DNA of 64,000 nucleotides, from NCBI RefSeq assembly GCF_006345805.1, contig NC_043010.1:65224001-65288000 (forward strand), read 5' to 3'. The notes under the pieces were generated by a model. It did no database searches and had not been told where the DNA came from. It saw only the letters and a program-made list of their open reading frames with translations. This document shows positions 1 to 14,260 of the stretch, piece by piece. A program made the translations under genes and the position numbers. The DNA is from Octopus sinensis (lineage: Eukaryota). Each line of letters begins with the position of its first letter. The first letter of the stretch is position 1.

Positions 1-948
1 CTGCACGCCTGTGCTTCTGATCTGGCGACACGCGAGTTGTGGACCGGAGCGTTGTCCTGCAGGAGGAGGATGCCTTTGCTGATCTTGCCCCGACTCTTGA
101 TTTTGATAGCTTCTCTTAATTTCCTCAAAAGTGAAGCATAATAGGCTCTTGTAATTGTGGTACCTTTTGCCAGGAAATCTGTCATCACTACTCCGTCCTG
201 GTCCCAGAAGACTGTGAGCATAACCTTGTCAGCGGAGGGCTGCACCCTTGCCTTCTTTGGAGGAGGTGAGTCACGGTGCTTTCACTGCATTGACTGGGCT
301 TTGGTCTATGGATCATAGTGATGGACCCAGGTTTTATCCTGTGTGATCAGTCTTTTGAAAAATGTTGACTCATCTTCTTGGCACATCTCCAAATTCCTCC
401 TCGAGCACTCAACGCGTTCTTGCTTCTGGAAAGGTGTGAGCAACCTGGAAATCCATCTGGCAGACACCTTTTGCATATGCAAATGGTCATGAATGATAGT
501 TTCCACAGACCCGGTACTAATCTTGACCTCATGGGCTATTTGGCGAATAGTTATGCGTTGAGCTTCCAAAATGGCAGCCTCAACTTGACGGACAGACGTC
601 TCATCAACGGCAGAAGGGGGCGACCAGATCTGGGAACTGTTTCCACAGAGTTCCGACCATGTTTGAATTCACAATGCCAGCGTTTTACAAGGTCATATGA
701 TGGGGCATCATCACCATAAGTTACTTTCATTTCATCAAAAGTCTCCCGTGGTGTGCGTCCTTTCAAATACAAAAACCAGATCACTGCTCGACACTCAACA
801 GGCTCCATTTCACACTTGACTCAGTTCAAACACCTGTAAATCAGAAACCACAATTAGTTCAGAGCTGTAATTCGCCACTTAATCTATAGAGGTATAAGTA
901 AGTGCGCATGCAAGTGGGTCAGGGGCATTACTTATTGAACGCCCCTCG
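1..948 (-). mobile_element. Mariner (Tc1/mariner, irritans/Hsmar2-like) transposon copy 1, cut by the window edge; transposase frameshifted
   Basis: ORFs 551-808 and 306-569 give the mariner N-terminal HTH region and WISRLLT...ITQDKTWVHHYDP. The terminal inverted repeat ...CATTACTTATTGAACGCCCCTCG is followed by TA at 949-950. Confidence 0.92.
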
Positions 949-1634
949 TATTTCTTACATACCACCGCTGGAAAACCGATGTTGTTATGTTTACGTCCCC
1001 TTATCTTAGCCATTCGGTAAATGAGGCCAATAGGATGAGCACCAGGCTTACAAAATAAGTACTTGTGCTGATTCTTTCTACTGAAGTTTTTCAATGCGTT
1101 GCCCTTGCATGGATCCAATTTAGTGACTGAAATAAGATACAATTTAAGAAGATATAACGCCTTTTTAGCTTCGTCAAATCTGTTTGTGGAGAGAGCTGAT
1201 CTGAAACAGTATCGTTTCTATATAAGACCGAACATGTGGGGCTTTCATAGTTCAGGGGGACGTAATCCTGATATGTGTAACGGTAAACTTTTTCCCCATC
1301 AACAGACATAAATCTATTTGCTATTTTTCGCGGGGGGGAGGGACCAAGCCCCTTTGTGTACTGATGTATTAACACGTTCATAAACAGTTAAGGTGTTCAA
1401 AAACATCTCTACGCATATTAGGATATTAAAGCGTTTCTAGAAATATCCCAGTTTGTGTTTTCGCGGAAAAGTTTTCACTAGATTTTTATTTTCACTAACA
1501 AACATTTTGGTTTATGGCATTCATATGGCTGGGATGAACATAAATATCATTTTTTTATATTCCACAAGATTTATAAGTTATTCCACTTGATGTCAGCTAA
1601 AAAATTAAAAAATCTTTTTTTATTTATATTAAAG

Positions 1635-1721
1635 CCCAATGTGATATCACCAAAGGAGATTGCGTCGCAGATAATGAGAGGGAAAAACATTATTGTAAAA
1701 GGACTTGCTTCAGAAAACCTG
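1635..1721 (+). CDS. Internal exon 1 (in window) of an EGF/FTP-domain receptor-like gene; Cys-rich (QCDITKGDCVADNEREKHYCKRTCFRKP)
   Basis: T-rich tract and AAG acceptor, 87 bp open frame, G|GTAAGT donor, phase 1-1; joins in frame to the next exon. Confidence 0.7.
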
Positions 1722-2100
1722 GTAAGTTTAGTAGTATTAGTGTTATTTTATATCATTTAATAGAATAACATGATACAGCTCTTACTCTCATATTTTGCAT
1801 GTTCCATCATCCTGTAATAGTTTTAGAATCCTTCAATAGATTGCGGTTTCTTATTGCATTGTGAGTGCTATTATATATAATTGTGTGTACGTGTACATGT
1901 TCACACATGTCTGAAATACTGATTCCGTTCTGTAAATTACCATCACAGTAAAGAAGACAAAGAGGACCACGATGCGTATTCTATAAGAAGACAGAGAATG
2001 ACTAAGAGCAAGAGAAAATACGTATCAATTGATAACTATGAATCAATTTTAGGCAGAAAGCATTAGAAAAGTTTTCTCATGGCTACATATTTTAATATAT

Positions 2101-2250
<150 letters not shown>

Positions 2251-2586
2251 AACTAATAATATGAATTTTAAATATCAGAAAAAATTCATTTCTAAATTTT
2301 TCAAAGTAGATACCTTTCGTTATAATAAAATTAAAATGTAGCTGATGTTAACATTATTAACATGTTTTTGTTTACAGTGTTCATATGATAAATTTTATAT
2401 TATCATACCAAATACTAAGCATTATTCTTTTCGGATTTATTTTGCTTCGAAAAATGATGGGAATATCACCCGTATTATTACACGCGGAGTCATTTATTTA
2501 TAATGAAGCTATGTCCTATAATTTGCTACTTTTCTTTACACTAAGAGAGAAGATACATTGCGGAACTGTTATTTTAACGAGTTCTA

Positions 2587-3819
2587 CGAGAGGCGTTCAA
2601 TAAGTAATGTCCCTGACCCGCTTCCCATAGTAGTAGAGCAACGAAACTTGGCACAGTTGTTGGTCTTTTTCTACATAGGAACCACCTAGAGTTACGCATT
2701 TCTCCCACCACGACGTGACTTCAGAAATCAAGGCTGCATCATCTGGGAAACGCTTTCCTTTCAAAAGCAACTTCATGGCTGGAAAGAGGTGAAAATCAGA
2801 GGGTGCAAGGTCAGGAGAGTAGGGGGATGGGGGAGGAGTTCATAGCCGCACGCCTGTGCTTCTGATCTGGCGACACTCGAGTTGTGGACCAGAGCGTTGT
2901 CCTGCAGGAGGAGGATGCCTTTGCTGATCTTGCCCCGACTCTTGATTTTGATAGCTTCTCTTAATTTCCTCAAAAGTGAAGCATAATAGGCTCTTGTAAT
3001 TGTGGTACCCTTTGCCAGGAAATCTGTCATCACTACTCCGTCCTGGTCCCAGAAGACTGTGAGCATGTCCTTGCCAGCGGAGGGCTGCACCCTTGCCTTC
3101 TTTGGAGGAGGTGAGTCACGGTGCTTCCACTGCATTGACTGGGCTCTGGTCTCTGGATCATAGTGATGGACCCAGGTTTCATCCTGTGTAATCAGTCTTT
3201 TGAAAAATTTTGACTCATCTTCTTGGCACATCTCCAAATTCATCATCGAGCACTCGACGCGTTCTTGCTTCTGGAAAGGTGTGAGCAACCTGGGAATCCA
3301 TCTGGTAGACACCTTTTGCATATGCAAATGGTTATGAATGATAGTCTCCACAGACCCGGTACTAATCGTGACCTCATGGGCTATTTGGCGAATAGTTATG
3401 CGTCGATCTTCCAAAATGGCAGCCTCAGCTTGACGGACAGATGCCTCATCAATGACAGAAGGGGGGCGACCAGATCTGGGAGCTGTTTACACAGAGTTCC
3501 GACCATGTTTGAATTCACGATGCCAGCGTTTTACAAGGTCATATGATGGGGCATCATCACCATAAGTTACTTTCATTTCATCAAAAGTCTCCCATGGTGT
3601 GCGTCCTTTCAAATACAAAAACCAGATCACTGCTCGACATTTAACAGACTCCATTTCACGCTTGACTCAGTTCAAACACCTGTAAATCAGAAACCCCAAT
3701 TAGTTTCTGATTTAATTTGCCACTTAATCTATAGAGATATACATAATTGCACATGCAAAATTTCAGCTAGATCAAACAAATGCAAGTGGGTCAGGAGCGT
3801 TACTTATTGAAGTCCCTCG
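2587..3819 (-). mobile_element. Mariner transposon copy 2, both ends present, defective transposase
   Basis: TIRs CGAGAGGCGTTCAATAAGTAATG... and ...CGTTACTTATTGAAGTCCCTCG, TA on both sides (2585-86, 3820-21). ORF 2773-3414 has WIPRLLT, TQDETW and LLQDN; the PYSPDLAPSDFHLFP motif is present but frameshifted. Confidence 0.95.
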
Positions 3820-3830
3820 TATCTGTTAAT

Positions 3831-3939
3831 CACCTGAAGAGACACATCTGCACGGTCGGATGCGCCTGACACAGTTGAGAAGTATCCCACCCGTGAGGGA
3901 TCGATGCTAGATGCTAGATGTGTCGAAACAATTGTATTG
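3831..3939 (+). ncRNA. Putative type I hammerhead ribozyme with an extended (~84 nt) stem II domain
   Basis: CTGAAGA (3834-40), GACACATCT...AGATGTGTC (9 bp stem II), GAAA, palindromic CAATTG, TA. Stem I is weak (CAC/TTG, first pair mismatched). Confidence 0.55.
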
Positions 3940-4816
3940 TATTTTCGAGTTCATAAAAGTTTACAGTGGACCTCTGCTTTGAAGGTTGTGAAACATTTAT
4001 ATTCCACACAATAAAAGTTGACAAAGCTGTTAATGTGGAATAACCAGTTTTTAACAAAGCTTCAGAAAAAATATACGTGTTTGTGTATTCTCCTCTACGA
4101 ATGTTAAATCTTCAATTTATTCCAGTACTACTAGGCACATCTCACCGTTTTTCCTGGGAGTAAATAAAGCAAATGGAAAGAACCTCTTAATTTTTTAAGA
4201 ATTTCAATAATTCAGAATTATTAGAAAAAAATGACAAACCTAATATTCTGCATTGATGAGTGGCACCTCTCCTCTCGTTAGTTGACCAGATAAAATCATA
4301 TAGTAATTCTCTGAGAGAAAAATATATGGGATGGGTTGAGTAGAAATGGGATAGACATAGGTGTAAAGCCTTCAATCGTAGATCAACTCAGTCAATGCTG
4401 AGTGACGGCTAAACAACAACACACGCATTAAGCATGCGTCATTAAATGTGAGGAAAATATATACACGAAATATATTTTAAAACCCTCAGAATCTGTAGTT
4501 CATAGACACTAATTATCAATTTTCTTTCACTTCTTAAATCAAAAATGTGCGATAAATAGTAAATTAATGTTTAGGGCAGACAGAGGAGCGTCGCAGAAGT
4601 AAACCGTTTGTGAACCGATTCTAATAGTTAGATTAATTTATTCCTTATCACTGAGATTGCTAATGCTCTTTAAATTATATGAATCACAACGCTATATTCA
4701 TCTAAAGCTTTTTATATAACATAGATATAGTTTAATATGAAGGAAATCAATATTATGTATTAAGACAATAATTGAAAGAGATTTTGTAATATTGTTGATG
4801 TATTATTTGTTTTCAG

Positions 4817-4969
4817 AAAGTTGTAACGATCATAAAGGTGTTGACTTGTTTGGGAAAGACCAGAGATACCAATGTAACTGTAAATACCTTAGTGACTGTC
4901 AGTTCCAAATCCTTAGTAAATGTAAAAATGGATGCTTACCTGGATTTAAAAAGCCATATTGTCAAAAAC
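4817..4969 (+). CDS. Exon 2: EGF-like module (ESCNDHKGVDLFGKDQRYQCNCKYLSDCQFQILSKCKNGCLPGFKKPYCQK)
   Basis: TTTTCAG acceptor, C|GTAAGT donor, 153 bp, phase 1-1, C-x-C and GCxxGFxxPxCQ pattern. Confidence 0.88.
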
Positions 4970-6407
4970 GTAAGTTACAAATTAGCAGGGTTGCTGAACA
5001 TTACATTCTTATATATTCTGTTTAAATTACAATTTCATTAAAAGTTGGTTGTCTGAAGATACTGCTAAAAAGTACTATTGTTTAAAGCGTAATTTTTATT
5101 CCCGACATTTTTTAATTCTGTTTGACTAACGTGCAGAGATATGAAGGTATTAATTCATATGAAAAACAAATAGTTTGCACTACAGATTCCTTTAATATAA
5201 GAAAGTTTGAGATATGCAGAACAATAATAATCCTGTTTCCGTAAAACAACAGTTTAAATCCTATAAACGAAAATATGTTACACTATTATTGTATACTGAC
5301 AAATAACATTTATCACATTCTTGAAATACACACACATGCACACGACATCACATACACCCATATATACATGACTCATACAAACACACATATACGCAATTTC
5401 CACCTCTATTTCCCGCTAGACTCCGATTCCGAAAACCCCATACACCATGAAACTTCCCCATTTCTCATCTATCTAAGATCACATTATACTGTTGCTTTTC
5501 ACACCCTTTATTATATTCTATCACTTATATTCTCCTCCACCTCTTCACTCATCCTCTCCTAATCCCTTCACTCCCTCCCACAAAACTGAGATTCATGATT
5601 TTTATTACCCACAAGGGGCCAACAAAGAAGGGACAATACAAATCGGGGAACTTAAAATAACAAAAGTGGATTAAAATAAGACGAAGAAAAATTACAATGA
5701 GGTGCAATGTCCACTCGATCACCGAAATCGAGTGGTCCCAAAACTGAGATTCAGCCTTAACGATACTTGCACGTGTTCCACATTCACCGGATTCCTCTCT
5801 GTCCCCATCACTAACCATTTCCCATTCTCTTTTCACAGAATTGCTAACTTATCACTGCTTGCCTACACTTTCTGATTTTCTTTCTCTGTTCTCACTTATA
5901 TTTCCTTTGTCCCTTGAGGGTAACTCCTAACACCTCATCACCGTAATGTATTTCTTACCTTTCATAAAAGGTAGTGCTATATCTCCTCTACATCAAGACA
6001 CTTGTTCCTGTACGTTATTATACTTTAACGCCTGTACACCTGACAGAAACCACATCCCTCAAAACTGTGTCCCCACTCAATCGAGGGAGTATTCTCTTGG
6101 AAATTTGCTCCTGACCTAACTAGCGCTACTATCACCGAGAAAGAAAGCCCCAGCCCACTGCAAACTGCTTGGCGTTGAGCAGAGCAACCAATCGTAGAAA
6201 TCATACCAAAGCAGGGACTGGAGCTCGATGCATTTTGCTGTCTTGTCACATTCTGTCAAAACGTTAAACCAGGTGAGCAAAGAAGTTGGACGTTAAACGA
6301 TGGTGACAATGATGATGTTACACCCACACACACATACATACGTTCGTACACACATGCATATATTCACACACACAAACACACACACACACAAACATAAACA
6401 CACATAT

Positions 6408-6450
<43 letters not shown>

Positions 6451-6573
6451 TACACACACATACACGTTTGATCTTTGACTTCTGGTGAAATCAGATCGCC
6501 ATGTTGATTCGCTAGCTTCTGCACGCATTTATTTTCTCTTCTTGTTTCTCTCCGTGTTTCTTTTCTGTGTATC

Positions 6574-6607
6574 TTTCTGTTGAAGAGCGTAGGCTCGAAA
6601 CGTAAAA
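6574..6607 (+). ncRNA. Minimal hammerhead-like motif (family C, A6U variant) in a pLTR-like repeat
   Basis: TTT CTGTTGA A GAGC-GTAG-GCTC GAAA CG TA AAA; the same repeat recurs at 15723-15760. Confidence 0.45.
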
Positions 6608-6669
6608 AACTTGTTTTATTTATATTCCTGAGCGCCATATTTTCATAAAGCTTCCCGTTACACATATAT

Positions 6670-6729
<60 letters not shown>

Positions 6730-6740
6730 TATAATATATA

Positions 6741-6832
<92 letters not shown>

Positions 6833-6869
6833 CTATATATATATATATGTGTGTGTATGTAGTCAACTT

Positions 6870-7870
6870 TAGGATGTATTATCTTCTCAAGGGATTAATG
6901 TATCCAAAATTTCACTGGTTTAATCGCCAACACATTCAAGGAAAGTCTCCCCAATATGTATGGGATTGTTATAAGTATTATCTAATTAAAGCTGGGAAAA
7001 CGGAGAGTTGGTAAGGGTGTAAATTGATTCATTTAGATAATTCCAAGATAAAATCTGAATACAAATAAATTTTTAGAAAAGCTTGCGTGTACGTTTCGAT
7101 TCCAGCCTATAAATAATTGCATAATTTCAAGAATTCCAATGATGAGAATTAATTATCATTTTGAATAATATCGGGTAGAATCTCTTCAGGATTGTGGGTT
7201 TTTTTTATTTATAAAAGGGTGGTTACATGCTTATGAAAGGGATTAGATTAATATACTTATGACATATATATCTTGTATAGAGGGTGTATGTATAGATTAG
7301 AATATCATACAAATAAAGAAATGATATAAAAATAGGAATAAAAATTATCATGGGAACATAAAGTAGTGTCTCCAGAAGAAACTTTTGTCCTATTACAGAT
7401 ACTTTGTCAAGCGGTGAGGAAGTCATCGTTATAATGATCCAACCAGGATTTAATAACCTGTATTCGTATTTCGCGAGAGACGTTTGAATAAAGACTCAGA
7501 ACATTGAAAGATTCTATCAGTGATTTTCAGCAACTGTTTTCGGAAGATGCTTTAGTATCTGCTATGAAACTTCTGGTATGCTTGAGGAATAACTCAAGAA
7601 GGATTTCTATAAAGTTATTCCCATGCTGGACCAGCTATTATTGTCTTAATTTCAAATCATTTGGTAAGGAGATATTGATGTCAGTAGATATATATGTCAG
7701 TAGATCCTTAGCATGCTTTAGTTATTATTTTCAGTGTCGTGGACTTTGGTATGCTATATAAGAGTCTAGGTATTCATCTAAAATTGGTAATATAGTCATA
7801 TTCTTTTTCTGTAAGACCTTCTCAGTATAAAGTTATTAATCTTACAAAGTCTTATATTTTGTTGACTAGA
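6870..7870 (-). mobile_element. Degenerate Penelope-like retroelement RT fragment
   Basis: The minus strand, read across frameshifts, gives PLE-RT-like motifs (YSIPK, DLKLR.IIAGPA, FNVLSLYSNV, IKSWLDHY). Confidence 0.55.
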
Positions 7871-8603
7871 GTTTTGGACCGTTTCATAGCATGTAACATC
7901 ATGTAATATGGATACACACGCACACACACAGTAAAGTATTCCCTGTTAAAGAACTTTCTGTTTTTCTCACCCACCTTTCTTTTCTTTTATACTTTTCTCT
8001 CTTTCATGACTCGATGACCCGGAAGTTGTTGCTCTTCCATTACTTTCGCAAAGAGCAGTAATTTTCTTCAGCTGAAGACAACTTTAACACGACAACTTTT
8101 ATCACGAAATAACTTTAAAATACAACATTTTGTTAAGAACGTTAAGAGTAAATTGCGTTCTACGTGTCACATTCAACCAGTATCCGAAGTTTCAAACTGT
8201 TTAGTTACAAAAAACAATAATTAATTAAGAAATTTTTAACTGAGATCCCCAAATCGCACTGCCTTCGCTTAAACAGCCAGTTACGCCAAAACCACACTGC
8301 CTTTGCTTATAAAACCAGAGAGGAGTGTTCTAATCCACGTCGGGTGAACTAGAAATTATCTAAGTATAATTTTCCCCATTCGTAACAATATCTATATATT
8401 CTCACACAAACATAAACACACTCACTCACACAAGTGTATCATGTCTCGTTTCTCTGTTTATTTCATTGTTCGAAAAAAAGTTCGTTTTCTATGTTTTTGT
8501 TTTCGTTTCACATTGTGTTCAACGTTTTGTGATGTCCTGTACCCATATATGCATGTATATACACATATATATGAAGGTATGTACATATATGTATGTATAT
8601 ATT

Positions 8604-8677
<74 letters not shown>

Positions 8678-9350
8678 TGTGTGTGTGTGTGTGTGTACAT
8701 GCATACATACATACATACATATATATTCTTTCTTTTTATATAAATATATTAGTTTCAAATTCTGGCACAGGGTAACTATTTCGTGGGAGGGGCTAAGTTG
8801 ATAATATTGATCTAAATGATCAACTGATAGTTTAAACGACCCCAAAATATGAAAGTAAAATGGAAATTGAACTCAGAAACGGATGAAATACCGTTAAGCC
8901 CTTCGTGCGCGACGTTCTTACGATTCCACTACCTCACCGTTTTAGGAGACGAAATGCTGTTAGGCATTTGCTCGACGTTAGAGCTCTCACAATCTCACCA
9001 CATGTTTTCACTATAACGTAGTGATGGAAGGATTGTTTTGTATTTTCTTTCACAATGTAAATATAAACTGGATAAAGGCTGTTCCTTCGAGTATATACAC
9101 CAGGACTAACACAGCTGCATCTTCGGAAAATAAAAGAACATTTTTACAATATTTGTAATCTCTTTCTATAATCAGAATAAAACTTGTAGTTTCTTAGCGT
9201 TAATATTTGTCGTAATTCAAATGTAAAAAAATCTCTTTTGTTTGTAAAATATACCATTACTTATCTGAACACTTGTTCCCGTTTGTTGGTATTCGCATTC
9301 ATTTTCCGATTTTTCAGTTTAATAATCTAAACTTATTTCTTTATATACAG

Positions 9351-9500
9351 GAAAATATCATGAATTCATAAAGAACGAGTCGAAGACGCATTCCTATTTA
9401 TTTTCCTCTGATAACAAACTGGCACAGAAACCCGAAATAAGAATAGTATTCAGAAACACATACAGATTTCGTACTGTAGAAATTTACAGTAATTTTGCGG
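9351..9500 (+). CDS. Exon 3: first half of a divergent beta-sandwich (F5/8C/FTP-like) domain (KYHEFIKNESKTHSYLFSSDNKLAQKPEIRIVFRNTYRFRTVEIYSNFA)
   Basis: Pyrimidine tract and TACAG acceptor, G|GTGAGA donor, 150 bp open, phase 1-1. PEIRIVFRNTYRFRTVEIY parallels PYWQVMFDKPYTISQLRIY in exon 6. Confidence 0.72.
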
Positions 9501-10606
9501 GTGAGAAATAATATTTCATATTCTATTATATTGTTGATAATGATTGTAGTGATTATATTTTTCATAATGATAAATCGAAATTAATTCGATTTAAATACAC
9601 AGTATTCAGATATTATCAATTGAATGACAATATAATATTATTTTATAAAAGTATCAAAATATCGGTTCATGTTGACTGAGCAGGTTTTTTTAATGCTTAT
9701 TAGAAAATTTATAACGATCATTCCAAGTGAGCAGAATCTCTGAAATTATTGGCAGCGTGGTATATACGTAGATTCTTACAAGTTTGTGTAAAATCCAAAC
9801 TGGAATTAGTGCAGGGTGGTTCTTATTTTATCGACCCCAGAAGAATTAGAGGCGAAGTCGGGCTCGGCGGATTTTAAGAGGAAAGCGCCGGAATAAATGC
9901 TAGTTCGCTACCTAAAATAATGTTAATAATGCAAGTATTTCAGTGCAAAGGTACACCTTTCCTTACCATTTGCTCTCTCTTTCTCTTCTCTTCCTTTCAT
10001 CAATATATTTATCAATTTCACGAATGTCGGCTGATTTCAGAGCACGTCTAAGAAAAATAATCGGTGGTATTTAATAGTTTTCTCTATGCAGACATAAAAA
10101 ACCCAAAATATTTAGCAGAAAGGAACCTGCAAGGGTCATACTTACTCAAGTGCATTGATAATGTCAGAAAAATGAGATCACTGCAAATTAGTATCGAAAT
10201 GTAGTCATGGATCTGGCTGACAGGGTGCTAAATATACCATATATATTAAAAGGCAGCTGATACAATGATGTTGATGATGAAGATGGTAAGTTGCTGCTTT
10301 TAAAGGAGCAGTTAAGGGCTGTGAAGTAGATCTCATGATATATACACAAATATGCAGGCATATATATAAATATGGATACATACGTATCCATGCATATATA
10401 TAAATATGTGTATGTGTGACTATTGAGTGGATTTGACTCTTATTTTTAGCAATACTGGTACTGATTAGTGACCCTGTTTACTGTAGTGACGTATAAATAC
10501 ACACACACACGCACGTACACTTGTTTTATTTATATTTACTTAAACTTAACATTTACTGACATAAATTTTCTATTTTTATGTATATTGTATATTCTGTTCT
10601 CTCTAG

Positions 10607-10750
10607 ATTCAACAATGAAAGTTACCTTTCCACATAAAATGGAATGCGAACTAAAACCAAACACAAATAGAACAATTTGTATCGGTGACGTAGAGAATTC
10701 TTATTTGTATATTGATGGGAAAGCTGGAGTTTATCGTATTAAGTTATTTG
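10607..10750 (+). CDS. Exon 4: second half of the divergent beta-sandwich domain (DSTMKVTFPHKMECELKPNTNRTICIGDVENSYLYIDGKAGVYRIKLF)
   Basis: CTCTCTAG acceptor, G|GTATGT donor, 144 bp, phase 1-1. Confidence 0.78.
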
Positions 10751-11328
10751 GTATGTTGATTTCTCACATTAAGAGCGATTTCCAATTGTTTATTCAAATG
10801 TATTTGTGGTATTTCATGTCATGCATTATCAGTGATACCAAAACCTATTATCAAACGACTATTTATCACACATCTTATCATCAAAACAATTTGTTTATTG
10901 AAAAAAACTTTTAGAAGACACCATATTACTGAAACGATACTTATTTTCATCTAAGCCTCTTGACATCGAATTAATTTTTTAAAAAGTATTTTGTAAAATA
11001 CTTTATTTTTGTATGCGGATTGCAACACTCTTGATTCGAATTCGTGTGTGGAAACGAATCTTGTGTTGGGAGGGTCATTGCCCCAGTAAACATACGTAAC
11101 AAACTAACTAACCGATCGTTTGTTTTATGTGTTCGTTAAGCAATCGTTTGCTTGTGTGTCAAGGTGATTTCGTTGCTATTCTTGACCTCATCAATGACAT
11201 TTCCTTTGTTTTAAATTTCTCTCTTGAGTCTGTCTGAGAATTATTCCTACGCCTGTGTTTAGGTATGCTTGTATGAGTGCATGTAGATGAGGAGTAGCTT
11301 ATAAGAGAGGGGGAGGAGAGAATAAACG

Positions 11329-11375
<47 letters not shown>

Positions 11376-13479
11376 TGTGTGGTTGTGTATATATACACAT
11401 ATGTCTGCCTGTATTTGTGATTTTGTGTTCGTGAGCATGAGTGCATTGTAAGTAACCACACATATACATACACACAAACTATCATACACGCTCAGAGGCA
11501 TAAGAATATTTCTCAGACTGACTCAAGGCAGACCTTTAAAAGAGAAGGCATGTTATTGAATTAATTTATGAAAAAGTAAAATAATTGTAACTTTTGTGCG
11601 GTTTGAAATAATTTTCAATTTAAGATAAAGATTTTAGATATATAAATATAAATAAACAAATAATAAAAGAATGTATTAATTGTTATACGAAATAAGTTCG
11701 AAAGATGACGGATAGTTGTGCAGATATATCTTCTGCTTCAGTCATTGGACTGCGGCCATACTGGGGCACTGTTTTGAAAAGTTTTATTTGGTCGAATGAA
11801 TCGACATCATTACTTATTAAGCAAATGTAAACCAACACTGGTCATCAAGATATTGTGGGAGACCAACACACCCCCACCCACACACATATGTTACACACGA
11901 AAAGCTTCTTTCAGTTTCCGTTTGCGCAATACACCAGAACACTTTGGTCGGCCCGGAGTTATAGCAGGCGCCACGCAATAGGACTGATTGTGAAGCAAAC
12001 TTTTTACTCCTAAAATAACTTTCAGTAGAAATTCTGTTACAGACTGAAAAAATTTCCCTATAAAATAAAAAATTTCAAATAAAGATATAATTTGCATTTC
12101 AAAATATAACTCAGATTATTTAACCAATAAGAGAGAGAGAGATAGAGAGAGAGAAAGAGAGAGAAAGAGAGAGATGAAAGTTCTGGTTGTTAGGGTGTAA
12201 AATCGGTGTTTCAATTCTCGGACCAGTGATGCGTTGAGTTCTAGAGTAAAATTCTTTTTTGACGTTATCCCAGTTCACTCAGCTGTAAATGGATAAACCT
12301 TCGGCAAACTGGTGTTCTGTTCAGGGGGATGTTGGTCTGCCAGCCCAGCCAGTCTGAGGCAGCATTATTCAAAAGCTATGATAAAGCGAGCAAGTGTAAA
12401 AACATCCGATAGTCTGCTCGATACAGTAGTAACTTGTATAGGATATCACCCATAATTTGGGTCTGGTTGTTCATTTGAAAATGCTATTGATAAGTAACAG
12501 TGAAAACCTTTAAACAGTCGGGTTGTCGGTGATTAAACTGATAATCCCACCAAGCTTGTTTGGTGAGGAAGATGACACTGGATGTCTTACATAGTGAAAA
12601 ACAAGACTTGTTAATGGATAGCTGAATTCAGGGTTGTTAATGGACATCGGTAATGCGTATATCTGCACACATTAAATGTATGTGTATGTTTAGTGGTTTG
12701 TTTTCAGTTCATTCAGATGAAATATGGTAGGATTATATGTCCTTCATTTCGACTGCTTCATTGCTGGCGGTGGTTGTCCAAGGAAGAGCAACTGGTACAA
12801 ATGGGATGGAAGGCACAATGCAGGGAAAACATCTGGAATATTGTTTTAGGAGGTTAATGCGAAGTTTGAAGATCCCTTCAGCCACTTTAATAATTCCATT
12901 CAAAAGCACACAAACTCCGTTGTCTTGACTTAATTTTGACAGTGGGCATATTTCGTGATATGGTGACTCAGTTGAGGGTTTTTTCCATACCTCAGCAACT
13001 ATGAACTACAGTCGGGATCGTAGTTTCAGATGTATGGAAGATGCAGCGTAGGTGCTTTTTTTTTTTTCACCCAAACACTACGTGTCGAAATGTTGTATAG
13101 CCAGTCCTGTTTCTTATTAATTCTTTATGGCTGAAATTACTTGCATCTGTAGATGGCACCATTGCATTGCAGTGGTGGGAGAGTCACATATTTGCACCAA
13201 GGAAATGCTGTCACTTCCAGAGTTCCAGGAGCACGGAATGTGTGATTACTGGAGGAAGCTGTTGTGATACTTTGCTCCTGTGTACGGCTTCGTCCTTTGT
13301 CGAGGTGTCGTGCAGTTAAAATCATTCTCTCCATTGACCACAGATTAAAAAGCGTAACTTTAGGAATCTTCTATTTTCTTTATTTCTTTTTTTATGTTCT
13401 TTAATTGTTCATTATGCTTACTGCTCGGTCATCGTCAAATTTTATAAAGAGGCCATCAATGAATCAGTCAATCAATCAA

Positions 13480-14260
13480 TCAATCAATCAATGAGATTTC
13501 AATGAGTCTATTTATATTCTAAAGACAAATATATGCGTGTGTTTTTATTGCTCTTTACGTATGTGGATGGATTTAAATTATTTTACAAGAAGAGAATTTA
13601 TTTGGATGTATTTTTCTCTCATTTCGGATAGCGTTAGAGCAAAGTTGATACACTATAACAAGAAAACATGCCTTTCTTACCAAACTATTTCAACTATTTG
13701 CACATGTACATCGAAATACTGCATCTAAATTTGAAGAATTTGTTAGAAAATTGAGTGACAAAATACTTTTTATTGATTCTTTCACACAGTTTGAAAACAT
13801 GGATGTGGTCTGTGTAATGGAATTTATATGAAGCTATGTAAAATACTTTGCCACATACAAATAATGATATTCGAAGGTGCCTCAAAGTTTTCCTTTAGAT
13901 TAAAGCTTTCGATTAAAATTCTAATTTTATATTATTTAAAGTTACTTTTTATTTAAAATTCTTGTGCTTTGTAGGATGCATTGTATGTTTGTAATTATCC
14001 TGAATTAAAAACTGTCCCATAGATGAAATCAGTGCACAAGATATTTGCAAAACTTTTATATGCAAATCGTTTTGAATGTCGGTGAAATAACGTTTCACAA
14101 AGAAGTCGTTTCGATAAAAATAAATTCCATCAGAAGTTGATCGATTGATAAAGCATCTTTCGATCAAAGAAAATCAGGGTATGATTGATGAAGGTCTAAC
14201 CAATAACTATTGAACTTCTATTATTTAACGTTGAGTGGTGTTGCCCTTGGCGAAAGATAG
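13480..14260 (-). mobile_element. Highly degraded retroelement remnant, possibly PLE RT C-terminal region
   Basis: Fragmentary coding-like minus strand with weak resemblance to the PLE thumb region. Confidence 0.3.

Noticed and set aside
6300-6866. ORFs rich in YI/HT/VC repeats, here and at many other sites (8441-8845, 16114-16380, 17613-18058, 54851-55490)
   Set aside because: They are translations of (TA)n and (CA)n microsatellites, not genes.
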